IMG/VR virus record: IMGVR_UViG_3300031890_000005
Location: 603-64,602 of that record
Length of the DNA: 64,000 nucleotides
Direction: 5' to 3' (one strand)
Source of the DNA: a virus
Lineage: Duplodnaviria > Caudoviricetes
Below the pieces are notes generated by a model. It did no database searches. It was not told the origin of the DNA and saw only the letters and a list, made by a program, of their open reading frames with translations. Below, piece after piece: positions 9,019 through 17,681 of the stretch. The position numbers and the translations under genes were made by a program. The number at the start of each line of letters is the position of its first letter. The first letter of the stretch is position 1.

Positions 9019-9227
9019 TGGAGCCGCCGGATCCAAGAGATACATACCAGCAAGCGTTCGGCGGACTCAGCATCATCCTTGAGTCCGATGAGGCAATGGC
9101 AGCGCTATCGGAGATACCGATGGAGCCGGATAGTGACAAGACAATGGCGGACATCGTCATTGCCACTGCGCAGAGCATGGCCGATTTTCGCGCATCCGTC
9201 GAAGAGTTCCTGAAAGGAGACACATGA
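9018..9227 (+). CDS. Hypothetical protein
   Basis: TAGTG coupling. Confidence 0.65.
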   Translation: MEPPDPRDTYQQAFGGLSIILESDEAMAALSEIPMEPDSDKTMADIVIATAQSMADFRASVEEFLKGDT

Positions 9228-9556
9228 GAGAACTGGAAATCAGCGTCATCAACGGCGATGAGGTCGAGGACGGGAACTGGAAGGAACTGCATCCGGAATG
9301 GGTCATCAACGTCCTGAGCGGATGCGAGTTCGACCTCGCCGAGGAGACGATCGGGCTGATCGAGTACGTCAACGGCTACTACGAAGTCGGCATCGGCGAG
9401 CCGCTAAGGCCGTACATCAAGGTCTACGGCGGTTACAAGCGGCCTGAAGCGTACGCAACGTTCTGGACAACCGTACAAGTGCGAGCGATGATCGGCGAGC
9501 CAACCGACTTCCCGGACGACGATTCCGATAAACCGGACGCGCCGCACGTTCGGTAA
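9224..9556 (+). CDS. Hypothetical acidic protein
   Basis: SD GAAAGGAG, ATGA coupling. Confidence 0.75.
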   Translation: MRELEISVINGDEVEDGNWKELHPEWVINVLSGCEFDLAEETIGLIEYVNGYYEVGIGEPLRPYIKVYGGYKRPEAYATFWTTVQVRAMIGEPTDFPDDDSDKPDAPHVR

Positions 9557-9634
9557 GACCACTGCAGCTTGGGGGTCGCCTTCCACGGAAGGCGGCTCCG
9601 AGGCTACAACAGTCTCGGAAAGGAGGTGAAAGGC

Positions 9635-9880
9635 ATGTGGCAGGATGACATGAAGCGAGAGGCCGTCAAGATCGCAGATTCGGAATTCGAGTTGCAGGAC
9701 GGTGACGTAATCGAGCTCGAAGTGACCTATGACGAAGGCTGGGATCAGACCTTCGGTGAGGCGCACCCGCGAGCGGAAGCTACAGTACGTGTACTGCGCG
9801 ACGGCAAGCAGGTACTGTGGCAGGAGTGGTCTGGTGAGGACGACTTCAATCGGTTCTGGCTCGACCTGATGAATGGCTGA
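9635..9880 (+). CDS. Hypothetical acidic protein
   Basis: Hairpin plus GAAAGGAGGTGA SD. Confidence 0.75.
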   Translation: MWQDDMKREAVKIADSEFELQDGDVIELEVTYDEGWDQTFGEAHPRAEATVRVLRDGKQVLWQEWSGEDDFNRFWLDLMNG

Positions 9881-10364
9881 TCCGAAGCTAACACCGGACG
9901 TCCCATGGCCGGATGATCACGTACAGCTAACGACCGCTGAGGCAAAGTTGGCAGTTCTGACGGGCGATCATCCTGAAGTGAGCAGTTTCAAGGTCGATAC
10001 GGCACTAGTGGACATGCTCAATCGCGGACTTGCCGTCTGCGCACGAGCGCCGGACAGGCGATTGTCCTTCCGACCATCCATGGCGTCTAACGCTACGGAG
10101 CTAGATCCGCGCCTTGTGGGCGAGGTAAAACTGCAGTATTCTGTACGAGGCGAAGAACGTAAGAAGCTCAAACGGCGGCTGCGACAGCTCAAGGGTGAGC
10201 TACGCGATAGCGCTGCCCTACGATCAGCGAATGCTGAACATATCAGGCAGCTCGAGCAGCAGCTCGAGGACCTAAAGGGAGGTGAAGAAACCGATGTCCA
10301 AGAAGCGCAAGAAGCAGCACCGATCACCGGTACCGAGTCCGCAGAAGACGGAATGGACTCCTAA
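9873..10364 (+). CDS. Hypothetical protein with coiled-coil C-terminus
   Basis: N-terminus paralogous to 6250-6513; heptad-like KKLKRRLRQLK...IRQLEQQLEDL. Confidence 0.7.
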   Translation: MADPKLTPDVPWPDDHVQLTTAEAKLAVLTGDHPEVSSFKVDTALVDMLNRGLAVCARAPDRRLSFRPSMASNATELDPRLVGEVKLQYSVRGEERKKLKRRLRQLKGELRDSAALRSANAEHIRQLEQQLEDLKGGEETDVQEAQEAAPITGTESAEDGMDS

Positions 10365-11274
10365 TGAAGTCATGGAAGAGTTCAGATACGTTCAAGCGCT
10401 CGTCAAGAGCGGATACGACAAGGTCAGAGAGGAAAACGAACCACTCCTAGCCTTGACGTCGTCGCAGGCTACCATTTCGGCCGATCACTCGCAGCAGCTA
10501 CTAGCAGCCGCAAATAACGGCCTGCTAGATTCCGAGCTCTACGAGATTAACGAGCGCATGGTGCATCAGATTCATGGAATCACGGCCGTGAGGAGAGATG
10601 GTCTCCCACTGCTCGAACAGCAGATGATGCCGTGCAGGGCTGGCTACGTGTTCTTCGATGCCCTGTGGCCCGATGCGTTCCCAAGGACGTTTCAGCCACG
10701 CTCACTCAGTTGGGTCTTGACTACAGTTGAGTCAGTCGATCACGGTATAGTCCCAGCCTTGCACGTAATCGTATACGGTCCCTTCTCGAAAATGGGCATG
10801 TTCGCGGACGTGCTTCCGCTCGGTGAGCAGTACCAAGGTGAGTTCTACAAGACCGGCGGCAAGGGCATGCGCCAACTCGGCAACCTAATCTGGGCCGTAT
10901 GGATGATGCTAGGTTCAGAACTAGCAGCAACGCGTCAAGTGCACTACGACCGGCGGCGAGTGCCGAAGCCACTGAGGAACATCAGTCATGGCAAGATTCA
11001 CGTCGTGACACTAAGGCGGCGTAGGCTCGATGGCGAAGTCCAGCACCGAGACGTTGACTGGCAGTGCAGTTGGTGGGTGGGCGGCCACTACAGACACCTG
11101 GAGAAGTACGATGGACTCCATCACAAGGCGTTCCCGAGGCCCGACGATCGTGAAATCTGCTTCAATTGCGGCAAGCGGATAACGCACATCGGCGGGTACA
11201 TCAAGGATCCGGCAGACCTAGGCACCGACAGCATGAAGGGCACGGCGCCTACAATACACAAACTAGTGAGGTGA
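10294..11274 (+). CDS. Conserved phage hypothetical protein (W.V.GH.R family)
   Basis: SD GGGAGGTGA; C-terminal VVTLRRR...DWQCSWWVGGHYR motif and CxxC. Confidence 0.75.
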   Translation: MSKKRKKQHRSPVPSPQKTEWTPNEVMEEFRYVQALVKSGYDKVREENEPLLALTSSQATISADHSQQLLAAANNGLLDSELYEINERMVHQIHGITAVRRDGLPLLEQQMMPCRAGYVFFDALWPDAFPRTFQPRSLSWVLTTVESVDHGIVPALHVIVYGPFSKMGMFADVLPLGEQYQGEFYKTGGKGMRQLGNLIWAVWMMLGSELAATRQVHYDRRRVPKPLRNISHGKIHVVTLRRRRLDGEVQHRDVDWQCSWWVGGHYRHLEKYDGLHHKAFPRPDDREICFNCGKRITHIGGYIKDPADLGTDSMKGTAPTIHKLVR

Positions 11275-11375
11275 GTGCATTGCGAGACAACCCAGTGCGG
11301 TTGTTCCTAATTGGCTTTGTCATACTGTTCACGGTCGGCATGATCATCACGTACGCGCTAGGCCTATGGCACTAA
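11271..11375 (+). CDS. 34-aa single-pass membrane protein
   Basis: GTGA coupling; hydrophobic LFLIGFVILFTVGMIITYALGLW. Confidence 0.6.
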   Translation: MSALRDNPVRLFLIGFVILFTVGMIITYALGLWH

Positions 11376-11419
11376 GGAGACATGACATCCAGGGGTCCCC
11401 GCTTTTCACAAAATTGCCT

Positions 11420-11451
11420 CTTGATTGGTCCCACTGGTTCGTGATATAATT
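11420..11451 (+). promoter_or_regulatory. Conserved phage promoter
   Basis: TTGATT-19 bp-TATAAT with extended -10; near-duplicate of the 5506 promoter. Confidence 0.8.
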
Positions 11452-11515
11452 AATTAACACCAAAAAAATACGGACACGGAACCAGAACCAAGACAAAAAG
11501 ATCATCCCGATGTAG

Positions 11516-11546
11516 CCTGGTTTTTACTCCAGGCATGCTGTATAAT
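11516..11546 (+). promoter_or_regulatory. Second tandem promoter with inverted repeat
   Basis: CCTGG-N8-CCAGG then GCTGTATAATAGAAT. Confidence 0.7.
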
Positions 11547-11577
11547 AGAATCAAGGACGGGAAGGAGGTGAGACAAA

Positions 11578-12366
11578 ATGACAAGCACAGAGACACCCGG
11601 CACGCGGGTTTCCGAGAGCGGTCCAAATGACGGTAATGAGCTACCGTCGCCGCTCTCGGTTGCCCACGTTACGGGCAGTCCCGAGGAGGGGATTGTAATG
11701 GCACGTCGTACCAACGACGAGCAGGAGCCGCAGGCGCAGGTTGAAGAGACCGAGGCCCCAGGCACCGAGCTCGAGACTGAAGCACCTGCCGAGGTCGAGA
11801 GCACCGAGCCCGAGGCACCCGCCGAGGACGAAGAGTCCGAGGACGAGGAAGGCGAAGAGGACGAGCCGGCCGAGGACGTCGTGGACATGCAGGAGCTCGA
11901 GAACATGCTGGCAGAGGCCGCCAAGGAGCAGCCGAAGCCGGCAAAGGAGCTGCGACCCTACGTGTTCACGCCGTTCCAGGGCGCGAAGTTCGTGACCGAT
12001 CTCCTGGCCAAGGCAGGCGTCACGGCGGACGACGGCGGTCCGAAGATCGTGAACGGACCGCAGATGTACATCTACGCCCGCAACGGTCGGTTCAAGATCC
12101 GCCGGTCGCCCGTCGACATCCAGCGGGTCAAGGACGGCAAGACGAAGGCCAAGCCGCGGTGGGAGATCTTCCCGCTAAGCACCTTTCAGGCCTTCGCCGT
12201 GGAGTACGTCTCAAACCAGAAGAAGGGCATCACCGCCGCGCAGGCCCGCAAGCAGCGGCAGGAGTCCGCAGCGGCATCCGACCAGGCGGCCGAGCAGGAC
12301 CTCGCAGCCGCACTAGAAGAGAGCCTGGCCGCCGTTGGAGGAGGCGAGCAGCCGGAGGCCGAATGA
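11578..12366 (+). CDS. Acidic low-complexity protein with putative DNA-binding core
   Basis: Strong SD at 11578 and a second SD-led ATG at 11698; E/A/P-rich region, core TP.QGA...QMYIYARNG. Confidence 0.8.
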   Translation: MTSTETPGTRVSESGPNDGNELPSPLSVAHVTGSPEEGIVMARRTNDEQEPQAQVEETEAPGTELETEAPAEVESTEPEAPAEDEESEDEEGEEDEPAEDVVDMQELENMLAEAAKEQPKPAKELRPYVFTPFQGAKFVTDLLAKAGVTADDGGPKIVNGPQMYIYARNGRFKIRRSPVDIQRVKDGKTKAKPRWEIFPLSTFQAFAVEYVSNQKKGITAAQARKQRQESAAASDQAAEQDLAAALEESLAAVGGGEQPEAE

Positions 12367-12472
12367 CCGTAGCGGGCCGACCGAGTCCGCGATGACGCGA
12401 ACCTAGTTCGCTCCGGTCAGGTTGGCCCTCAACTACGGGGCGAGTTGAGGGCCTCCCTGAAAGGAGGTGAGC

Positions 12473-12667
12473 ATGACTGAGGAGGAAGCAATATCAATCG
12501 CCCGCAGTTGGGTAGGCTGGCGCCGAGAAGTACGTCGACACCTAATCAAGGCTGCGCGCGAACGCCACCCCAGAGTCTGGTCGACTGAGGAGCGCAAGCT
12601 CTGGAACTACCCGAGCGACCTCAGCGAGGCGCGGCTACTAGCACTAATTGACAAGGAGGAGCAGTGA
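12473..12667 (+). CDS. Hypothetical protein
   Basis: Hairpin plus CTGAAAGGAGGTGA SD. Confidence 0.7.
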   Translation: MTEEEAISIARSWVGWRREVRRHLIKAARERHPRVWSTEERKLWNYPSDLSEARLLALIDKEEQ

Positions 12668-12927
12668 CAGTCTACTGCGTCATCCACGACACGCTAGAGG
12701 CAGCGCCCGAGGGCTCATTCCAGTGCTTCGAGTGCAAGCATGTGTACACAAGCCATGCAGCACTCATCATGGCCTGGAATAGTCTACAGCAAAGGATGGC
12801 TGAAGAGTCATTGAAGCCGCATCCGTTCGATGAAATCCTACCTGTGACGCGGACTGTCTATGTCGCAGATGTGCGAACGCTTGGTGACGACATCCCGTTC
12901 TGTCCATACTGCATGCACGACTTTTAA
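12664..12927 (+). CDS. Putative Zn-binding protein
   Basis: C..H, CxxC.H and CPYC.H motifs. Confidence 0.7.
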   Translation: MTVYCVIHDTLEAAPEGSFQCFECKHVYTSHAALIMAWNSLQQRMAEESLKPHPFDEILPVTRTVYVADVRTLGDDIPFCPYCMHDF

Positions 12928-12944
12928 GAGGAGGTGAACTAACA

Positions 12945-13130
12945 ATGGCAGAGAAGACTGAGAACACGTTCCGCAAGAAGAGCAACGTTGGGCAGCCGTA
13001 CGTCAAGTCGGTAACCGTAAGCCCTGCGCTTCACGAGCGGATCTCGAAAGCCGCTCAGGAGAAGGAGACCTACAACTCCGAGATCGTCCGCGTAGCGGTC
13101 GAGAAGTACCTATCCGAGAACGGATTCTGA
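12945..13130 (+). CDS. Ribbon-helix-helix (CopG/Arc-like) protein
   Basis: VKSVTVSPALHERISKAA...SEIVRVAVEKYL; perfect SD. Confidence 0.75.
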   Translation: MAEKTENTFRKKSNVGQPYVKSVTVSPALHERISKAAQEKETYNSEIVRVAVEKYLSENGF

Positions 13131-13131
13131 A

Positions 13132-13293
13132 ATGAACCTGCGCTACAACGTTCAGTACATCGATCCTGAGGCCGGCGGCGAAGAGGAACCGCACAACTAC
13201 ATCCACTACGCCGACCTGATCGCGCTGATCGGCCGGATGAAAGACGGACACGAACTTGTTGTCCAGGCCGTGGAGGACAAGGGCGGCATCTGA
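13132..13293 (+). CDS. Hypothetical 53-aa protein (not in ORF track)
   Basis: MNLRYNVQYIDPEAGG...; coupled to the next gene by TGATG. Confidence 0.65.
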   Translation: MNLRYNVQYIDPEAGGEEEPHNYIHYADLIALIGRMKDGHELVVQAVEDKGGI

Positions 13294-13496
13294 TGCCGCT
13301 TCAACGGCAAGACGATTCGGACAACAGCGAGTTCGCGCCAGCAATCACGTACCGGATGTCGAAGGACCGACGGCGCAAGCTCGAATGGCTCGTCGAACAT
13401 CTGAACTACCGAAGCATGACGGCGTTGATAGACGCCCTCATCGAGCAGGAGTATGAGGCTCAAGGAGGTGAACAAAATGTCAACAGACAGGGCTAA
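13293..13496 (+). CDS. Ribbon-helix-helix protein
   Basis: ITYRMSKDRRRKLEWL...SMTALIDALIEQEY. Confidence 0.65.
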   Translation: MPLQRQDDSDNSEFAPAITYRMSKDRRRKLEWLVEHLNYRSMTALIDALIEQEYEAQGGEQNVNRQG

Positions 13497-13809
13497 AGGG
13501 GCACCTCCCAAGGCTGAGGTTGCCACGCTGGTCTACATCATGAAGGCAACACAGGCGCTATCCGAAGTCCGACAGGACATCAAACGGACGATGAAATGTC
13601 CGACGTGCGATAAGCTGATCGGGCGAGCGGACGGCAAGCATGTCGTCTACATGGGCTTTGTAGTCATCACGTGCAACAGTTACTGGGTCATCGATCCGGA
13701 CAAACTCGGCATCGCGCGCCCAAAGTGGCAACCGCTACCTGAGACTCCGTTAGTGCGAGGACATGGCTCCATGCGCTCATGGAAGGAGACCAGTGCCGCC
13801 GCCACGTAA
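13477..13809 (+). CDS. Hypothetical protein (CPTC motif)
   Basis: SD AAGGAGGTGA. Confidence 0.7.
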   Translation: MSTDRAKGAPPKAEVATLVYIMKATQALSEVRQDIKRTMKCPTCDKLIGRADGKHVVYMGFVVITCNSYWVIDPDKLGIARPKWQPLPETPLVRGHGSMRSWKETSAAAT

Positions 13810-14203
13810 GAAGCTCGAGGCGGACATCCTGGAAGAGTGGATCGCGAAGCAGCGCTTTCAGCGCGAAGCACCGCGGCCTCTCAAAGGGAGGATGCCTAAG
13901 GTGACCCCAATGCAGTCAAGTCGACAGCGGCGGGCACTTAGGCAGACTGCTGATCCGGTACGGGCCTCCTATAACTCCGAGCATCCGATGAACGCGACGC
14001 CAGTCCGTCCTAATGAGGAGGGGTTGACGCGCAACCTCGAAGCCGATCCTGACTACCGGGCCGGCAAAGCGACGGAGACGAGGAGCCCTGATCCCGCGAA
14101 GAAGAAGCAACGGCGACGGACAACGAGAGTCAAAGTCACCAATCCAGACGTTGCGGTCACAACAGTGGACGACCTCCAAGCATGGATCGATGCGCGCAGT
14201 TAG
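13763..14203 (+). CDS. Hypothetical basic protein (start uncertain)
   Basis: Fills the gap to the next promoter. Confidence 0.55.
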   Translation: MAPCAHGRRPVPPPRKKLEADILEEWIAKQRFQREAPRPLKGRMPKVTPMQSSRQRRALRQTADPVRASYNSEHPMNATPVRPNEEGLTRNLEADPDYRAGKATETRSPDPAKKKQRRRTTRVKVTNPDVAVTTVDDLQAWIDARS

Positions 14204-14267
14204 CCAAGCATGGATTGCTGAACGGAGTTAGGCCGGACAAAAATAAAAAAAGATCTTGGGGGTGTGG

Positions 14268-14299
14268 CCTAGATTTACAACTAGGACCTGTTATATAAT
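14268..14299 (+). promoter_or_regulatory. Conserved phage promoter with inverted repeat and A-tract UP element
   Basis: CCTAG-N8-CTAGG then CCTGTTATATAATATAATTA; A-tract at about 14239-14251. Confidence 0.8.
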
Positions 14300-14341
14300 A
14301 TAATTAAGAACCAATACTGACCCGAAGGGGAGTGAACGTAC

Positions 14342-14536
14342 ATGGCAGTAACCAAGCCGCTTGACGACATCGAGGTCGGCGACCACTGCTTTGACCACGT
14401 TGCAGTGACCGAGCGGGGGAGGGAAGTGCTGCGGTTGGCGCTTGCCGATCAGGCACTGAACAACAGCGACCCGCAGATCCGAGCTGACTCCAACGAGTTG
14501 CTCGAGAAGATGCTGCTTGTCGAGCCCGTCACCTGA
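14342..14536 (+). CDS. Hypothetical protein
   Basis: First ORF after promoter; SD GGGGAG. Confidence 0.7.
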   Translation: MAVTKPLDDIEVGDHCFDHVAVTERGREVLRLALADQALNNSDPQIRADSNELLEKMLLVEPVT

Positions 14537-14611
14537 CCTTGAGCCCCGGGCTCGGATGTCAACGTCCGACAAACGCGCCGTCCGAGCCCGGTACTGAAAG
14601 GAGGTGACACA

Positions 14612-14980
14612 ATGGACGATTGGGTAGTTATCCAGCCGAAGCCTATCGGTGAGCACGAAACCATGGAGGACGTCGTCGGTCCATACACGATCGGAGCCGT
14701 AGTCGAGTCGCAACACAGTCAGTTGCGAGCCGACGGTACACGCGGCAAGATTGTTGCATGGGCCCGAGGCAGGGACGCCAACGCGCACTGGGCTGGCATG
14801 CACGAACCGCCACCCGGCGAGTCGGTTACATGCCCGTACGGGAACGACTGCGACGCACTCTGCGACAGTGAAGGGCCGCTCATCCGTTGGGACGATCAAG
14901 AGCTCGGCGACGAGTCGCTCGACTGGTTCCCAGGACAGGCGATGGGCTGCATCCGACCGATACAAGAACAGGAGGCATAG
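14612..14980 (+). CDS. Hypothetical protein (Cys cluster)
   Basis: Hairpin plus TACTGAAAGGAGGTGA SD. Confidence 0.75.
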   Translation: MDDWVVIQPKPIGEHETMEDVVGPYTIGAVVESQHSQLRADGTRGKIVAWARGRDANAHWAGMHEPPPGESVTCPYGNDCDALCDSEGPLIRWDDQELGDESLDWFPGQAMGCIRPIQEQEA

Positions 14981-15270
14981 TGAAGTCCGCAATCGCGTTG
15001 CCTGGCTGGACTGAGGTAACGGACGACCCGCACATGCCAGACATTACGTTCTGGTTTATCAAGTACGGGCCGTTCTACTGCGGCGTCATGCCGGATCCAC
15101 ATTCGAGGGCACCCAAGTACGTTTGGTGGATCTCGCAAGGGATCGGAGACGATCCTGACGACGACACGCAGCTTCTCAAGAAAGGCAACGCACCCGATCC
15201 CGAACGGGCTCGCGCGCAAGCAGCGACCTGGTTCAACCGTACGGGACAACATCTACGAGCCAGGAGGTAA
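14980..15270 (+). CDS. Hypothetical protein
   Basis: TAGTG coupling, SD AGGAGG. Confidence 0.7.
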   Translation: MKSAIALPGWTEVTDDPHMPDITFWFIKYGPFYCGVMPDPHSRAPKYVWWISQGIGDDPDDDTQLLKKGNAPDPERARAQAATWFNRTGQHLRARR

Positions 15271-15274
15271 CTAC

Positions 15275-15628
15275 ATGAAGCTGCGTACAGCAGCCGTAAG
15301 CGGAGCGATAGCGCTCGCTGCTGCAGGGATACCGCTCGCGACGCCATCAGGCGTAGCAGCACGTACCTGCGGCAAGCCGGGCGTCACTGTATCGCATAAC
15401 CAGACATCCACGACCGCTCACATCAATTCCAATCCCTGCAGCAAGTGGTGGATCTGGCCATGGGGATCGTTCATCGACCAGGACGGCAATCCCGACCGCG
15501 ACAGTGTGAGGGGCGTCAAGTCAGGCAACCCCGTTGTGCAGGAATCGGGCGCGCGTAAGAACGTGCTCGGCGGCTACGGCTACTCGGACTCGTCAGGCGT
15601 TATTACCAACGTACAGACGTACGGGTAA
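15275..15628 (+). CDS. Putative secreted protein
   Basis: Sec-type signal MKLRTAAVSGAIALAAAGIPLATPSGVAA; paired Cys. Confidence 0.7.
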   Translation: MKLRTAAVSGAIALAAAGIPLATPSGVAARTCGKPGVTVSHNQTSTTAHINSNPCSKWWIWPWGSFIDQDGNPDRDSVRGVKSGNPVVQESGARKNVLGGYGYSDSSGVITNVQTYG

Positions 15629-15716
15629 CCTCCGTTGAACGTCCGGCTCGAACCTTTGCCCTACAGGTCAGGGCGACATGATGGTAGGTTCGAGCCGGAC
15701 CTTGAAAGGAGGTAAC

Positions 15717-15959
15717 ATGTCGGCCTGGAAAGAGATACTGCACGATGAGCTCGGAGGGCTCACTCGCACAGAGCAGGCCAGGATCCTTGTCGCTCATGGC
15801 TGGACAGAGCAAGATGCCTACGACATGCTAGAGCGACAGCACGTCTTCGCAAGGGAGGAGGTGACAAGTGAGGACAATACTGATATCGATCAGGGACAAC
15901 GACTGGGCAGACAGAATCGTTCGCGAGCTCGCAGAGCGACAGAACCTCCTAGGCGATGA
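15717..15959 (+). CDS. Hypothetical protein
   Basis: Hairpin plus GAAAGGAGGT SD. Confidence 0.65.
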   Translation: MSAWKEILHDELGGLTRTEQARILVAHGWTEQDAYDMLERQHVFAREEVTSEDNTDIDQGQRLGRQNRSRARRATEPPRR

Positions 15960-16326
15960 CGCCGAGCCGTATCTCACGGACGATGAACTCATGCTCGAGT
16001 TTGTCGAACGGGCACATCTCGACGCAATGGTCGCTAGACCAACGGTTGCATGCAAGTGTCCAGTCAGCAAAGGCGCTGGACGCCGTACCGTAGGGTACGC
16101 TCAGACCGAGCGCTTCAAGTGGCTGGTTCACGTCGCATGCAAGAAACCCACGCAGTACATCGTCGATCACTGGATCTCGAACATGCTCAACGGAGCACGA
16201 GACCTGTTGGTCGAGGTCATCCCAGATCACAAAACCGTTACGGACTACCTGGACCGTGGAGCTCGATTCCGAGTCCGCAAGCAGGAGCTTCGTGACGGAC
16301 GGCATTACACCGGCACGCGTGTGTAG
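15868..16326 (+). CDS. Hypothetical protein
   Basis: SD GGAGGAGGTG; CxC...HxxC motif. Confidence 0.65.
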   Translation: MRTILISIRDNDWADRIVRELAERQNLLGDDAEPYLTDDELMLEFVERAHLDAMVARPTVACKCPVSKGAGRRTVGYAQTERFKWLVHVACKKPTQYIVDHWISNMLNGARDLLVEVIPDHKTVTDYLDRGARFRVRKQELRDGRHYTGTRV

Positions 16327-16358
16327 AGCACGCGGGTACAGAAAGAAGGAAGTTAACA

Positions 16359-16694
16359 ATGAAAGATGAAGAGCGCAGCGCACTCAGGGCTGGTAAGGGA
16401 ACCCGCCTTCCCGTCACTGGGGGAGTCCTGCATAAGCTCGCAGAGGCACTCAGTGAGGCTGCGACGCTGTACGACGCCGCTGAGACACCTGAGGAGTTCA
16501 TGGCGGAGCTCGAGCTCGATGATGTGAGTCACACGAAGTACGACCGGGGCACCATGCACTACGAGGCGGACAACAAGTACCTCGTGATCAAGACTGGCAG
16601 CGGTGAGGAGTTCCGCATGATGTTCTCCCTCACCGACAAAGGGCAGTTCACCCTTGACTTTAGAGGCTGGTTCACTCCGGCGGGGATGGGCTGA
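16359..16694 (+). CDS. Hypothetical protein
   Basis: Operon packing, GC3-rich codons. Confidence 0.75.
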   Translation: MKDEERSALRAGKGTRLPVTGGVLHKLAEALSEAATLYDAAETPEEFMAELELDDVSHTKYDRGTMHYEADNKYLVIKTGSGEEFRMMFSLTDKGQFTLDFRGWFTPAGMG

Positions 16695-16695
16695 C

Positions 16696-16923
16696 ATGCG
16701 GCTCATATTCGAGGACGACGATCTCGAGGTCATCGAGCAGGCGTTGTCGCACTATGGGCACAGCTTCATCGAGAAGCCGAAGGGAATCGACATCCCTGAG
16801 CTGATGTCGGATACCGAGCGCGCGACACGCAGGTACAACGCACTCATGAGCGACAAGGTCAGCCGCCTACACCGCATCGTCTACGAGACGGTTAACCAGC
16901 CCGTGGAGGTGGATCTGAAGTGA
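16696..16923 (+). CDS. Hypothetical protein
   Basis: ATG 1 nt after previous stop. Confidence 0.7.
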   Translation: MRLIFEDDDLEVIEQALSHYGHSFIEKPKGIDIPELMSDTERATRRYNALMSDKVSRLHRIVYETVNQPVEVDLK

Positions 16924-17183
16924 CACAAGAGCCGCACCGCGAGGCATGGCTCCCGAACGAGATGCTCGAAGGCGAGCTGGAAGGAGTGCGTGTGGCACCA
17001 GGACCGCCTGCATGGAAGATCTGGGGCGACAAACCTGACTCACTGTTCGAAGGCACTGAGGAGGAAGTCAAGGACGAGTACGCCGCGGAGTACGTCGGGC
17101 GTGAGGACACCTACATCGAGGACCCGCACGGCAACGAGTACATCTGGGACGTCATAGCCGAGGAATGGAGACACCTCCAGTGA
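16920..17183 (+). CDS. Hypothetical acidic protein
   Basis: GTGA coupling, SD GGAGGTG. Confidence 0.75.
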   Translation: MTQEPHREAWLPNEMLEGELEGVRVAPGPPAWKIWGDKPDSLFEGTEEEVKDEYAAEYVGREDTYIEDPHGNEYIWDVIAEEWRHLQ

Positions 17184-17292
17184 GCGCCAGGCTCAGGAGT
17201 CCGCTAAGGCTGACCGAGAGGCAGCCTGGGGTTCAGCCATTGATCACCCTTCTTGCGGAGACCTGAGCCTGGTTCTGAAAGGAGGTAACCAG

Positions 17293-17460
17293 ATGGACTG
17301 GTACAAGTCAAGTTATTCCAACCCGTCGGGCAACTGTGTAGGGGCACAGAGGCGGCCTAGCTCAATGGGCGTCCGCGACGAGAAGGACCCCCACGGGCCC
17401 GAGCTGGAATTCAGCAAGGAGGCCTGGCAAGCATTCATCCGGCAGATGAAGGAGGAGTAG
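17293..17460 (+). CDS. DUF397-family protein (55 aa; not in ORF track)
   Basis: MDWYKSSYSNPSGNCV...VRDEKDPHGPELEFSKEAWQAFIRQMK matches the DUF397 signature W.KSSYS...NCV...VRDSK.P.GP.L.F....W..F; perfect SD. Confidence 0.85.
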   Translation: MDWYKSSYSNPSGNCVGAQRRPSSMGVRDEKDPHGPELEFSKEAWQAFIRQMKEE

Positions 17461-17465
17461 TAGCA

Positions 17466-17678
17466 GTGAGGCTGGAGAAGATCACCTGTGCCCACGGCAA
17501 GCGGGTCATGCTAGACGAAGGCTCCGCCGCGCTGCCGCTGCGCCACCTGGATGCCAGCCCCTGCGGCGCCACGTCCTTCCTCGTCACCGAGCGCACCGAC
17601 CGGGGCTATGCCTACGGCAAGCTGCTCGCCGCGCAGATCGCCAGCGGCGAGCGGACCACGCTGATCGAGGAGGAGTAG
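17466..17678 (+). CDS. Hypothetical protein (GC-rich)
   Basis: Follows the DUF397 gene; C.H...H...C motif. Confidence 0.7.
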   Translation: MRLEKITCAHGKRVMLDEGSAALPLRHLDASPCGATSFLVTERTDRGYAYGKLLAAQIASGERTTLIEEE

Positions 17679-17681
17679 CAA

